NCBI GenBank assembly: GCA_002633005.1
Contig: NMRA01000065.1
Span: forward strand, 116,043-180,042
Direction: 5' to 3'
Length of the DNA stretch: 64,000 nucleotides
Source: Phoronis australis
Taxonomy: Eukaryota > Animalia > Phoronida
Below, one piece after another: positions 37,862-50,337 of this stretch; within the stretch, counting starts at the first letter, position 1; each line of letters opens with the position of its first letter. Under the pieces are notes generated by a model. That model did not search any database and had not been told where the DNA came from. It saw only the letters and a program-made list of their open reading frames with translations. Made by a program: the position numbers and the translations under genes.

Positions 37862-38209
37862 TAAATGAATATACTTGAGTGGTAGTCGTTTTCTCATCAC
37901 ACTTGGTCTTGCTAACGAGTATCGTCCTCCAACAAACTTTGCACATATGGACCAGTTCCTCAACGCCGTTTGGAACAGTCTTAATTTTTAAAACGAAGAC
38001 CTTAAAAGTTGGTTTTTGGTCATTGATGAACATTTCATACTTTGAACCACGTGAAAGAGGTCTCTCTGACCGACTTCCATCTGTTTTAGAAAACCACGTG
38101 ACGTTCAGAAACACATCGTAGTGGGGGGTGTAATTTAATGCACATAGAATGTTTGCGTGCCTGCCTCCGATAGCCATTGATGAATTATGACGATACAAGA
38201 CTACAGCCT
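37862..38209 (-). CDS. Cassette 2 Ig domain exon
   Basis: Paralogue of 32105-32452 with 4 amino-acid differences; intact splice sites. Confidence 0.85.
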
Positions 38210-38523
38210 CTGAAAGAATCAAGTCAAAAATCAAATTCGATAGTGGGCTATATTTTTTAAGAGAGTCAGAACTGTTCTTGGTTCCTCTTCCGAGTCGAAA
38301 GTATATGCAGTTACGCAATGCGAATGGAGCTATTCGGAAAATTCAAATCAACTACAGGGCGCGCGTGTACTAGTGGTGATAGATGATCAACCTCGAATTG
38401 GCGAGCCCTTTAAATACGTGGTGAAATGGCTTGCAACTGTGCCAACTGAATCTGAGATTTCGTGAAAAGGGTGCATCTATGAGAGGAAGTAATCATATCC
38501 TAATACAAATGTAAGGTTTGTGA

Positions 38524-41099
38524 TTATTACTCTGCGCGTGTAAGCGCAGAGTACTGTTGTTCCTGGGTTTTCTTCAATTTTATTCTTATTCTTATTCTTC
38601 TTGTTCATATTCTTCTTCCGACCAAATTTGAGGCTTAATAAGTCCAAATTGGGTGCAGGTACGGTCTTTAAATTCAGCATATGACATTTGACAGTATATA
38701 AATTTTGATTGGTTATATAATCATGTTCCATATTGTACCGGAAGAGGTCGTTTGGTGCAAAGGTCATATAATTTTTAAAACGCTACTCCTCCTTCAGTTT
38801 TAAAGCTATCTCTTTCAAATTCGGTGTACAGGTATAAGTCTACATGTCAATTTAAGAATTTACTTCACAAAGTAATCGGGTCATCCAATCAGGTGAAATA
38901 GGTCAAAGGTCTTTAGGTGCAAACATAAATTTTCAGCTACACTCTTCAAATTGACAGGTCTGATTACCACAGGCAAATCAAATCGAAATCCAAAGTTTCA
39001 TGTCATTTAGTGCAAACATGGGGTCATTAGGTGCATTTTTCTTCTGAAAATTTGACCTTTTCAATCAGGAAGTATTCTGATGTGTCAACCGTTAGACAAC
39101 TGTGATTCTCAGCGTTAAACACATTTTCCATGGGCTTTGCAATAATTCTCCTAAAGATGCTTAAAATACACCGTATAAGCTCAATTAGTGCAAAAGTCAT
39201 GTAACGTTCAAAATGTTATATCTCTTACGTTTTTCAAGGAATTCTTTTCAATTTCAGCACACTGGTGTAAGTCAACATGCCAATTAAATACCCTACTTTA
39301 CTTCGCAATAGGCCTAACCAATCAGAAAAAATAGGTCAAAGGTCATTGAGTGCAAACTAAAATTTTGAGCTAGAGACTTCAGAATTACTTATCTGTTTAC
39401 TAAGTGCGATTGAGTATGAATTCTAAATTTTCAGGTCATTTGATGCACCTATTGGGTCATTAGGTGCATTTTTCTTCTGAGAGTTTGTCCACTTCATTCA
39501 TCTTGTATTCTGAAGTGCTGAAAGTAAAACATCTGTGATTATTAGCATTAACCACACTTTTAATGGAGTTAACAATTAATCCCTCATCGGGGCTCATAAT
39601 GCACCGGAGGTCAATTAGTGAAAAGGTCATCAAAATAATAATATGTAATTTCTCCTACAAGTTTAAAGAACTCCTTTTCATATTGGTAAGCGGATTGCTG
39701 TCAGTAACTTCCCATAATAATTCCAGTAATACGCACGCGCAGAGTCCATTATTGTCACGCCGTGACAATAATCTTTCTAGTTCTTCTTCTTATTATTTTT
39801 ATTTTTATTCTTCTTCCGACCAATTTTGAGGTTAATAACTCCAAATTGCGTGCAGGTACGTCTTTAAATTCAGCATATGTCTTTTGACAGTATATACATT
39901 CTGATTGGTTATATAACCATATTCTATATTGCACCGGAAAAGGTCGTTTGGTGCAAAGGTCATATAATTTTCAAAATGCTACTCCTCCAGTTTTAAAGTT
40001 TCTTTTTTTAAATGTAGTACACAGGTATAAGTCAATATAACAATTTAAAAAATGACTTTTCTAAGTAATCGGGTCATCCAATCAGGTGAAATAGGTCAAA
40101 GGTCATTAGGTGCAAACTAAAATTTTGAGCTAGGCACTTCAAACTGACAGGTCTGATTGCCACAGATAAATGAAATCGGAATTCAAAGTTTCAGGTCATA
40201 TAGTGCAAACATGGGTTCATCAGGTGGATTTTTCTTCTGAAAATTTGACCTTTTCAATCAGCAAGTATTCTGATGTGTCAACCGTTAGACAACTGTGATT
40301 CTCAGCGTTAAACACATTTTCCATGGGCTTTGCAATAATTCTCCTAAAGATGCTTAAAATGTACCGGATAAGGTTAATTAGTGCAAAGGTGATGTAACGT
40401 TCAAAATGTGATATGTCTTACGTTTTTCAAGGAATTCTTTTCAATTTCAGCACACTGGTGTAAGTCAAAATGCCAAGTGAATACCCTACTTTACTTCGCA
40501 ATAGGCTTAACCAATCAGAAAAAATAGGTCAAAGGTCATTGAGTGCAATCTAAAATTTTGAGCTAGAGACTTCAGAATTGCGTATCTGTTTACTAAGTGC
40601 GATTGAGTTTGATTTCCAAATTTTCAGGTCATTTGGTGAGCCCATGAGGTCATTAGGGGCTTTTTTCTTCTGAAAGTTTGACCACTTCATTCATCTTGTA
40701 TTCTGAAGTGCTTAAAGTAAAACATCTGTGATTATTAGCATTAACCACTTTTTTAATCGAGTTAACTATTACTCCATCATCGGGGCTCATAATGCACCGG
40801 AAGAGGTCAATTGGTGGAAAGGTCGTCAAAAAATTAATATGTAATTTCTCCTACAAATTTAAAGATTTCCTTTTCATATTGGTAAACGGGTTGCTGTCAG
40901 TTACTTCCCATAATAATTCTAGTAATACGCACGCGCAGAGTCCGTTATTGTCACGCTGTGACAGTAATCTTTCTAGTTTTTCTTATTACTCTGTGCGTGT
41001 AAGCGCAGAGTACTGTTGTTCCTGGGTTTTCTTCAATCTTTTTCTTCTTCTTATTCTTCTCATTCTTCTTCCGACCAACTTTTAGGCTTAATAACTCCA
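38524..41099 (+). mobile_element. Second HINE-like tandem array (two full units plus a 5' fragment)
   Basis: Same 5' hairpin, microsatellite and 3' hairpin-CTAG as 32616-35876; unit ends at ~39782 and ~40977. Confidence 0.75.
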
Positions 41100-41241
41100 A
41101 ATTGACATTTCAATGTTTCGATCTCATGCTAACCACATACTTTTAACCACCGATTCGATTTTTGATATCCATTTCTTATTTGGCTTCGTATCAGTCTCCC
41201 AGACCGTGACATGTACAGGCTATATGAACAGTGTGACCTAC

Positions 41242-41296
41242 TTAGTGCATAAAGAGCAAAAATGATCACTAATCCAATTGAATCGTCTCTCGTCAT
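41242..41296 (-). CDS. Duplicated gene A signal-peptide exon, copy 3 (MTRDDSIGLVIIFALYAL)
   Basis: Intact ATG and phase-1 donor; the nearest downstream phase-1 exon is the cassette 2 Ig exon at 38209. Confidence 0.5.
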
Positions 41297-41504
41297 CCCA
41301 ACTCCATGCATCTTGAAATTCAGTTCATGTCTTTTGATCTTTCACATCTAGATTACCGTGACATAATCTATCAATCAGCAAACGCAAGCATTCTTCTTCA
41401 ATTAGTTCATCGGGATTTTCGTTTTTTCACAGTGTTAGATCTCAGCTATAGCTACTTGAGGCAACTCCTCGCTACCGGTTGCTGTACTGGTTCTAGACCC
41501 ATTC

Positions 41505-41587
41505 TTACTCTCCGCGTTTATTCACGCTTATTATAGTGTTTATTGGAACACTGCCAGATTTAAACAGTGGAAATCCGTGATCTCGAG
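41505..41587 (-). CDS. Gene B / cassette 3 terminal exon
   Basis: ARDHGFPLFKSGSVPINTIISVNKRGE*. Confidence 0.6.
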
Positions 41588-41773
41588 CTGAAAAGTTGAT
41601 GTGGACAATGGAAAAAATGTTTAGGAAAACATTTAACTTGGAGTAAGTATATTTTTGGCGACCTTTTAGGAGGGTAAAGTGATGGCTGGGCCCCTGCGCC
41701 ACAGCGACTTTAATGTACGTTCTACAACTTTAAAATTTGTATGCAAACATCGAAAAATAAGCAGTGACCCTAC

Positions 41774-41908
41774 CTGAACATGAACAAGTCTTGTTCTGTG
41801 CCTTCGTCACGAGCACGCCGTGGTCAAACCGCTGCCGTTGTCGCGTTTTGTTATGGGTGTCGCAGTTGCAGCTTGAATACTTGGACCACTTGGACCAAGT
41901 AGGGAATA
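41774..41908 (-). CDS. Gene B / cassette 3 shortened TSP1-like exon
   Basis: WSKWSKYSSCNC...RQRQR...CSC; phase 1-1. Confidence 0.75.
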
Positions 41909-42130
41909 CTAAAACAAGAGTTAAGCCATTCGAGAATACGCAACCAGCTGTGAATCTTGACCCTAGGGCACTTACGTCATTCCGTTATGGTTTTATTAGA
42001 TGGACGCCGTCATTAAGGAGTTCTTCAGTTCAAGTGATTAGTACATGGTAAGGAGACAAGAACAAAAATCTTGCGTAAGAATAATCCAATTAATGAAATA
42101 TTGTAAAGCATAACACCAGAGTTAGTATAC

Positions 42131-42484
42131 CTCTCCACGCTTCTACAAGTAACCGTCTATCTCTTTGTCTAGTATTCCAACTTCGCACTGTCAGCCAATA
42201 GTCTTTCACGTCGCTCTCGAGAACGGTTCTCTTCAGCGTTATAATCCAAACTCCGACACCGTTGTCACTGTACGCATATCCTCGGTAGTTTTTATCATAA
42301 AAGTAACTCTCCTGTGGGTAATAATGCCACGAGGCAATGTCACGTTCTTCCGGATGTGACCACGTTACAGACTTGATGTTATCCTCTGGCCAAAATGTTG
42401 ATGTAATAGACATGTTGCCACCGACGCGCACTGGCTGAGGATGGAATACTACCCTTGTGTTGATCCACTGGTGATTAGTTTGAT
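42131..42484 (-). CDS. Gene B / cassette 3 cysteine-less Ig-like exon
   Basis: GGNMSITSTF...VTWSH...SDVKDYWLTV; phase 1-1. Confidence 0.78.
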
Positions 42485-43086
42485 CTGAAGCAAGATGTGT
42501 GCACTACTTTAGTGAGGAATATTTAAAGTTATGCACCACGCCATAGGACGCCAGTGAAAGTCGATTGTTTTTCAGGTTTGCTTGCAAATTTTTGGATGAT
42601 GTGCGGTAACATGATCAGCTTTACTACACAGATTGAAGGCCATTGCTACAAGTGAATGGGGACGCTGTAGTCGCCAAGTTTCCAAAAAAACCCAACACCT
42701 TTTTCGAAGTAACTTCCTGGAGGCATTTTGTATGAAAATTCTTTTCAGGAAACTGGACGCAAAGTATACCTTGAAGGGGCTGTTTTAGAAATCGCCAGTG
42801 CATATTTTCATGGTCAGAAACTAGCACTTGGCAAGGTGCGACTGTTAATTTGTTTACATGTTATGCATTTGGCGATACATAAACTTTGCGTTTCTACTTT
42901 TGCCAGTTTAGACTCAGAGCTAACTTTCTAGAAATTACTCACACCTCCAAATCAATTCTTAACATCATTAATATTGTTGAAGACGATAAAAGGAACAGAG
43001 CTTTATAATGCCAACTTGTTTTTGCACTTTTGAATAAAAGACACGCACTTTTGAATGGAAAGATCGACATAATTTCTTTAACTTAC

Positions 43087-43434
43087 TAAATGAATATACT
43101 TGAGTGGTAGTCGTTTTCTCATCACACTTGGTCTTGCTAACGAGTATCGTCCTCCAACAAACTTTGCACATATGGACCAGTTCCTCAACGCCGTTTGGAA
43201 CAGTCTTAATTTTTAAAACGAAGGCCTTAAAAGTTGGTTTTTCGTCATTGATGAACATTTCATACTTTGAACCACGTGAAAGAGGTCTCTCTGACCGACT
43301 TCCATCTGTTTTAGAAAACCACGTGACGTTCAGAAACACATCGTAGTGGGGGGTGTAATTTAATGCACATACAATGTTTGCGTGCCTGCCTCCGATAGCC
43401 ATTGATGAATTATGGTAATACAAGACTACAGCCT
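43087..43434 (-). CDS. Gene B / cassette 3 Ig domain exon
   Basis: ANIVCAL...NVTWFS...HMCKVCW; phase 1-1; joins the upstream TSP1 exon 55322-55501 in frame (LCK-E-AVVLY). Confidence 0.85.
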
Positions 43435-43748
43435 CTGAAAGAATCAAGTCAAAAATTAAATTCGATAGTGGGCTATATTTTTTAAGAGATTCAGAACTGT
43501 GCTTGGTTCCTCTTCCGAGTCGAAAGTATATGCAGTTACGCAATGCCAATGGGGCTATTCGGAACATTCAAATCAACTACAGGGCGTGCGTGTACTAGTG
43601 GTGATAGATGAGCAGCCTCGAATTCGCGAACCCTTTAAATACGTGGTGAAATGGCTTGCAACCGTGCCAACTGAATCTAAGATTTCGTGAAAAGGGTGCA
43701 TCTATGAGAGGAAGTAATCATACCCTAATACAAAGGTAAGTTTTGTGA

Positions 43749-44699
43749 TTATTACTCTGCGCGTGTAAGCGCAGAGTACTGTTGTTCCTGGGTTTTCTTC
43801 AATTTTATTCTTATTCTTATTCTTCGTATTCTTATTCTTCTTCCAACCAAATTTAAGGCTTAATAACTTCAAATTGGGTGCAGGTACAGCCTTTGAATTC
43901 AGCATATATATGAATTTTGATTGGTTATATAACCCTTTTCCATATTGCACCGGAAGAGGTCGTTTGGTGCAAAGGTCATATAATTTTCAAAATGCTACTC
44001 CTCCTTCAGTTTTAAAGCTTTCTTTTTCAAATTTGGTGCACAGGTAAAAGTCCATATGCCAATTTGAAAAATTACTTTTCTAAGTAATCGGGTCATCTAA
44101 TCAGGTGAAATAGGTCAAAGGTCTTTAGGTGCAAACTAAAAGTTTGAGCTAGACACTTCAAATTGACAGGTCTGATTGCCACAGGTAAATCAGATCGGAA
44201 TCCAAAGTTTCAGGTCATTTAGTGCAAACATGGGGTCATTAGGTGCATTTTTCTTCTGAAAATTTGACCTTTTCAATCAAGAAGTATTCTGATGTGTCAA
44301 CCGTTAGACAATTGTGATTCTCAGCGTTAAACACATTTTCCATGGGCTTTGCAATAATTCTCGTAAAGATGCTTAAAATACACCGGATAAGGTCAATTAG
44401 AGCAAAGGTCATGTAACGTTCAAATGTTATATCTCTTACGTTTTTCAAGGAATTCTTTTCAATTTCAGCACACTGGTGTAAGTCAACATGCCAATTAAAC
44501 ACCCTACTTTACTTCGCAATAGGCCTAACCAATCAGAAAAAATAGGTCAAAGGTCATCAAAATTAATATGTAATTTCTCCTACAATTTTCCTTTTCATAC
44601 TAGTAAACGGGTTGCTGTAAGTAACTTCCCATAATAATTCCAGTAATACCCACGCGCAGAGTCCGTTATTGTCACGCCGTGACAATAATCTTTCAAGTT
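43749..44699 (+). mobile_element. Single internally deleted HINE-like element inserted in the AT-TSD transposon
   Basis: Same termini as the arrays; absent from the corresponding site (~51485-51505) of transposon copy 2. Confidence 0.75.
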
Positions 44700-46441
44700 C
44701 CATATTTATTCTACTAATGCCTGTTAACTGAGGTAATCGCCGACGTCGACTTCGCAACAGTCGCCAGTCGGGTTAATCTCTGTTTGTTGTGATGTGTGTT
44801 ACGATACTTGACGTAGCACTCGGGATTTTTTCGTACATCAAAGCAGTATTATTGTTTAAATGACTTTTACAGGTTTATCAGTGACATTTACATCAATCAA
44901 TGCCGAATATTTATGCTGTCAACTCTGGTGAGTTAAGATTACAATCCACGCCCAATGGCGACGGGTACGTGACAAATATCCATGAGATTATTTGTTTACT
45001 CCTTATCCTATGTCTTCCGGAAATCTATTAAACGTTGAAATGGAAATCTATCATGCCTGTTTTCAGGTGTCCTTTGGTTTTTAGGTTTGAGGTCTTGTAC
45101 CGTGCAGAGGAGATATGCATCGCTTCTGCACCGTACCTGAATGGACAAAATTGGTTTTAAGCATTTGACTGCAGCTAACCAGCAAGATCTTCCCATCCAA
45201 TGCAGATCTGTTGTCAAAGCCTACTTCCTACATCGGAGACAACGAACAAAGCCTTTAAAAAGGAACAGCTATTTTTTAAAGCAAGTATGTAAGTCATTTT
45301 GTTAATTTACTTATTCAAGTCCTTAGTAGGGGATTGGCATAGGGGGTTGAGGTTGTAAAATTTGGTGCAACTGACTGTGGAAATAACAAGTAATACATGT
45401 TTGAGGGAAACAGCATGGTGAGGTAATTCTTAACCTTCTTGAAATTCGAGTTGATTTCATGAAAGCGTTTTGCTCTCAGTTGTAAACCCATAAAACTTTT
45501 CTGAATTGTCAGTGACTGAATAGTCTTAACTCATGCCTTGAAATGTTGCAAGTCGTTTATGAATTCAAATGACTGCCATTTTTGTGAAAATTCCATTTTT
45601 GATGGCGCGTTACGATTTGTAATTAGTCTTAAACAACAGAAAAATTATCCATTATTTTTTAAATGACCCAAGTCTTCATGTCTTCTATTAGAAGAAAAAT
45701 AAAAAATCTGATAAACGGTTCCCTCAGCCTTAGACTAGAAATATGCAGCTGTAATCGGAGTTTAAAATGAAATTGCTGGAAGTGTCAAAAATAAAAACCT
45801 TGAAAATGGATAACAAAGTTTGAAGTTGTCTCAAAAAATTTGCATAGTTTGCAAACAAGTGATGCATTTAAAGAATTGTTATGGCTACGAATGAAAGATA
45901 AAGACGCAGTTTTATACAATACTCATGATGTACACCCTTGCTTTGTGAAAATAGTAATTATTCAATTTTGTGTGAAATTGTAGAGCAGTCACCATATCAT
46001 ATTTTTGAAAAACTGGGGTAGCATTTTTTACCCAACCTGGAGTATTTAATTATTCATATTTTAATATTTGTACCAGGCTCAATGACATTTTAAGGTCACT
46101 TCAAGCCGCAACACAGACAAGCTTTGTTACTCCTTTCTGTTCCTACAGCATTTACACGCACCAGCAGTGCTGCATGGCACAATGTACAAGTCAGTGGCCC
46201 TGGAGAAATGTGAATCGCAAAACAATGTGCCAGTGGATTGTTTGTGTATGAAGATGAACTATATCTGACTGCTACACAACTCAGCCTCATTGGTGATTAT
46301 GCCCTTTCATAAGCAATGAGTCATGTGTGGACAATAGCTTATTTCCTTTCCTGGAAGAAACATGAGGGATTGAATCTAAACAGTACCTAGTGACACTCTG
46401 GTCTAGTTCAGGGTCAGATTTTGGGCACTAAACGAGTCAAT

Positions 46442-47467
46442 AGCGGAGTTGCAACCGAATGGATTTAACGATTGCGCATGTCCGGAAATTAGGGTGCGCA
46501 AAGGCTACTGGGATCGTTGATGGTAAACGGGATGGCCGACTGGTTTGCACGACGTGTAATTTGTGTGTATTAAACTACGCTGCTGTATGTAATTCTGCCG
46601 CTATTCGCCCTAATTAGCGCCCATGGCTCAACAAGTGCCCCAACGCGTTTTCAGACTTTGCTAAAGTAAGCGCCCAGCCCATGAACTACATGCGAAAAAT
46701 GCCCTTACCTACAGTTCTAACGTCTCCAATTTATCAATTGAAAGATCCGACAGCCTGAATTTGTAACGGACCACGAGCCTCACCGTTATGTCCGTANNNN
46801 NNNNNNNNNNNNNNNNNNNNNNNNNNNNNNNNNNNNNNNNNNNNNNNNNNNNNNNNNNNNNNNNNNNNNNNNNNNNNNNNNNNNNNNNNNNNNNNNNNNN
46901 NNNNNNNNNNNNNNNNNNNNNNNNNNNNNNNNNNNNNNNNNNNNNNNNNNNNNNNNNNNNNNNNNNNNNNNNNNNNNNNNNNNNNNNNNNNNNNNNNNNN
47001 NNNNNNNNNNNNNNNNNNNNNNNNNNNNNNNNNNNNNNNNNNNNNNNNNNNNNNNNNNNNNNNNNNNNNNNNNNNNNNNNNNNNNNNNNNNNNNNNNNNN
47101 NNNNNNNNNNNNNNNNNNNNNNNNNNNNNNNTGTTGGGCAGTTTCTAAGATACGTTTTCTTGCCGCCCTCAAAATGAGCGCTGCACACTTTATGCTACGA
47201 AGTCGGAAAGAATTCACGAAGTCGGCCTTTGCTACCAGCTCTACCGATGTCTCTGACCCATGTTTAACGCAGTTCTTGATCCTTGGGAAACAGGTAGTAA
47301 CTAATTTTTTTATTTCGCTAACTGGTATTATAGCATGCCAGGCACACAACACGTATAACCTCCCTGTGGCCGGTTCGCCCCCACGCTTGCCGACGTACTT
47401 GTTTACCAGCTTAACCAGAATGCAACATTCTGACCCATTTCCAATATGGCGGCGTTGCAACTCCGCT
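46442..47467 (-). mobile_element. Nested AT-TSD transposon with a degenerate THAP domain (ISL2EU-like); spans the N gap 46797-47131
   Basis: AT|AGCGGAGTTGCAAC...GTTGCAACTCCGCT|AT; minus-strand CCVPG...YLFPKD...W...VCSAHF with stops and a frameshift; absent from copy 2 at ~53280. Confidence 0.8.
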
Positions 47468-50337
47468 ATTGATATGCTGTTGTGTGTACCTTCAAGGATC
47501 TAGTTGTGGATGTCATTGAGGCTGAATGAGGTTATATGAAGGAAAGCCACGTGCCGAAACTGGAATTTTTGCAAGCGCTTCTATAAGCCATTGAAACTAG
47601 ATCCCAGTGAAATGAAAACCAAAAGCATCTGGGATAAATACCTGTTTTTCCACTGACTGACATTAACTTTTCCTTTGAGAAGAAAGACTTTATACAAATG
47701 GTAAAAATTTTCAATTTGGCACACATTATGGGGAAATTACATTCAGTGACTGCATCGATTGTCTTCTTGTAAGTAGAAAGCCCGTTAATGTTACACTTTG
47801 ATGATCAAATAAAATTTTCATCAACAGGCAAGTTTGTCATTAGTTAATGAAACCACATTATTTCTTCAGTTTTAAAGCCCCATACAGTGCAGTTGTGCTT
47901 ATTCTTTATGAAGCTGAAATTATTACCGAATATGCTTACGAATTGTTATTTTCCTGTTAACCTTTAGAAATGTGCAGCAACCAAAATGAAGTATTCCCTT
48001 TGTTTGCATTTGATTTATTTGTGTGTGCAATTATTTTTAGAGCTTTCTTAAGAAGGTCTTTGAACAATTTAAAGTTTTGTGTTAACTTGTCTATGCACAA
48101 AAGTTCCACATGCAAGAAAAGCATGTTTTCAATTGTAGCTAGCTGGATAAGAATTTGCTATGTACAAGGTTCGAGAATAAAAATTATCAGGCAAACTGAA
48201 CAACCACATACATACAAAGAAACAACATTGTCCATAATCAGGCATATCAAGAATTGAATTTCTGAATTGGGTTTAATTCTCTCAAGTTATTGATGAAGGA
48301 TTGCTTTTCACTTTGTCAAAAGGTAAAATAGATGGTTAGGCGGCTGGTTTCAGTCGTTTTCTCTCACCTGTAACGGAATAGTCAGAGAAATATTAGTCAA
48401 TTATAAAAGAAAACATAAGACAAAACTACTTTTGTAAGGCACAATATACTTGTCGTTTCATCTTGTTTTTAGGTAGAAATCAATATTCTTTGTACCCAAG
48501 TCTTATTTAGATCTGAATTAAAATATGTGAAACAGGCTAAAAGTGATTTAACACCTAAAATGTGCTTCTGATTTCAAAAAGTAAAATTCATTCTAGGTGT
48601 CAATTTTTATTCCAATGTAATGTTATGACATTTACTGAATAGCTTATTCATGTCCATTTTGTTAATTGGGTAAGTAAATGTGGTTGTCCTGGGGGTGGGA
48701 TCGACTATAATATAAGGAAACTCGCTCATCTACAGAATTTTATCGGACATAGCATAGTTTTTGAAGAGAAACTGATGTAAAAAGTCACCCTTGACTTCTG
48801 AGCGTCATGTACTATACTCTTCTTATGTTGGGCGCACCCCCACCTAAGACAATTGAATATGTGAAAATGTACTGCTAGCCTTCCCGACATCAGAGTCCCG
48901 GCACTTAGTTCCACTCAATAAACCACCCATTATTCAGTGGGGTAACTGGTGGGGATAACAACACCGAATGATGTCGATAGAAACTGGTTGCTAAAAACTT
49001 ACCAAGAAACGTTACAGTACGTAGTCTCCCAATGGAAATGCACAGAGCACCCACTGACGGGGCTTCGGCATCCACACACTTTTTGACAGTTGGTTGACCC
49101 TTTTGACCGCAATTCTCCACGAATGTAGTAACCTTAGGTCTTTTGGGAATTTGTGACCATCTGTCGAAGACTTGCACCAGGGAAAATAGCAATAATAAGG
49201 CTTAGCGCGACGACGTATTTTGACAACAATTCCGTCTTTTTACCAGCTGTTTACCTTCCAGACAGCGACGCATGCGCAATTCAATCACCACTAGTACACC
49301 GGCGACACCGCGAGGAGAATTCTCTGAATAGCCCCATAGTGTACGCACTTCATGTTATTCACAGGAATATCAGTTGCACCATAAAAGACTTTACGGACTG
49401 AAGGCTATGATGGCTCACAGCTAAGTCGTATTTCGTTTGCCATTAGTTTGCATATTTCCCACAATCGAAAGTGATAATCATTCTTTATTATACCATGAAC
49501 ACGTGAAGACGAGCGTTTTACGACAAACACAATCGAGGGTGACCAACGCAGCGATTGGTTGCCCCCGATCGTTGTAGTATGTATTGACCAATGAGTGCTC
49601 GTAACTCGAGATCAACTAGTTAACATCTAGTGTTTGTGAATGTTCCAATTTGACTGTTGAGCCACAAATGTGGTTGTTTTTTTGCGTTTTTAATATAAAA
49701 TTGGTGATTCTAAACATTTTAAATGAAAACGGTTTTGCTGCGGAAGACGCATATACAGCCAGTTTAAGCTCAACAGGCAACAACATCGAGACCCCGCTTC
49801 AAATCGAGAAACCTCAAAATCTGTGTTCACAGGAGTGTGTGAAATGTCGTGACGATTGAGGGGAGACCGGGGAGGGCGGGGGCGCAGATGGGAAATAATT
49901 GCGACTATCCAAGGGGCTGACGAGTGAAAGTTGTGTAGGGATTAGTGCTGGCCAGGAACACCTCAAATTATTAGCACCCAATGCTTTTTATAACTTCGGC
50001 GCCACAAGAAATCTTGGTGTTGTACTACACACAAAGGTAGCTCTCATTACGTTCTAACCCATCCCATAATATTATGCCTAATTAACGAAAGTGTAGAAAG
50101 GGAAACACTTGCCAAAAAGCACTCCTCGAATATGACACTGTTGACGGGGTTTTACTCACTTTTTAATACTTTTCTCAGACATTCTTTCTGTTTCCTCTTT
50201 CAGTCTTTCCTGGGAACCACTTTGGTGTGATGGGACCACACCATGAACAGTGACAGGAGTAGGTTTTATTTTACTGTTTTGTTCGTTTATTAACATATAG
50301 CACTTGCTTGTCATAATAGGTAAGGTTAGTCCAGAGA

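Larger units (their letters stand above)
29722..44700. repeat. Tandem triplication of a ~5.2-5.8 kb unit (units start at ~29722, 35877, 41100)
   Basis: Three highly similar copies of the same unique ~2.5 kb block, each followed by the left end of an AT-TSD transposon and a HINE array. The copies carry many private substitutions, and the unit junctions are not at N gaps. Confidence 0.9.
43551..49335. mobile_element. Non-autonomous DNA transposon with AT TSD (ISL2EU/PHIS-like), copy 1, with two nested insertions
   Basis: AT|GGGGCTATTCGGA...TGTACTAGTGGTGAT at the left end and ATCACCACTAGTACA...GAATAGCCCC|AT at the right; collinear with 51288-54798; left-end fragments also at 32569 and 38326. 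Confidence 0.8.

Noticed and set aside
32955-41085. Recurrent short ORFs (MHRKRSISGK..., MTFAPN...) in the arrays
   Set aside because: These are chance frames in a non-coding HINE repeat and are broken differently in each copy.
29722-44700. CRISPR-like or prokaryotic repeat system
   Set aside because: There is no short repeat-spacer array, no cas genes and no prokaryotic gene density; the repeats are kb-scale eukaryotic duplications.
50155-50265. Frame PTPVTVHGVVPSHQSGSQERLKEETERMSEKSIKK resembling the start of a Gypsy RT
   Set aside because: Too short and degenerate to support without a search.
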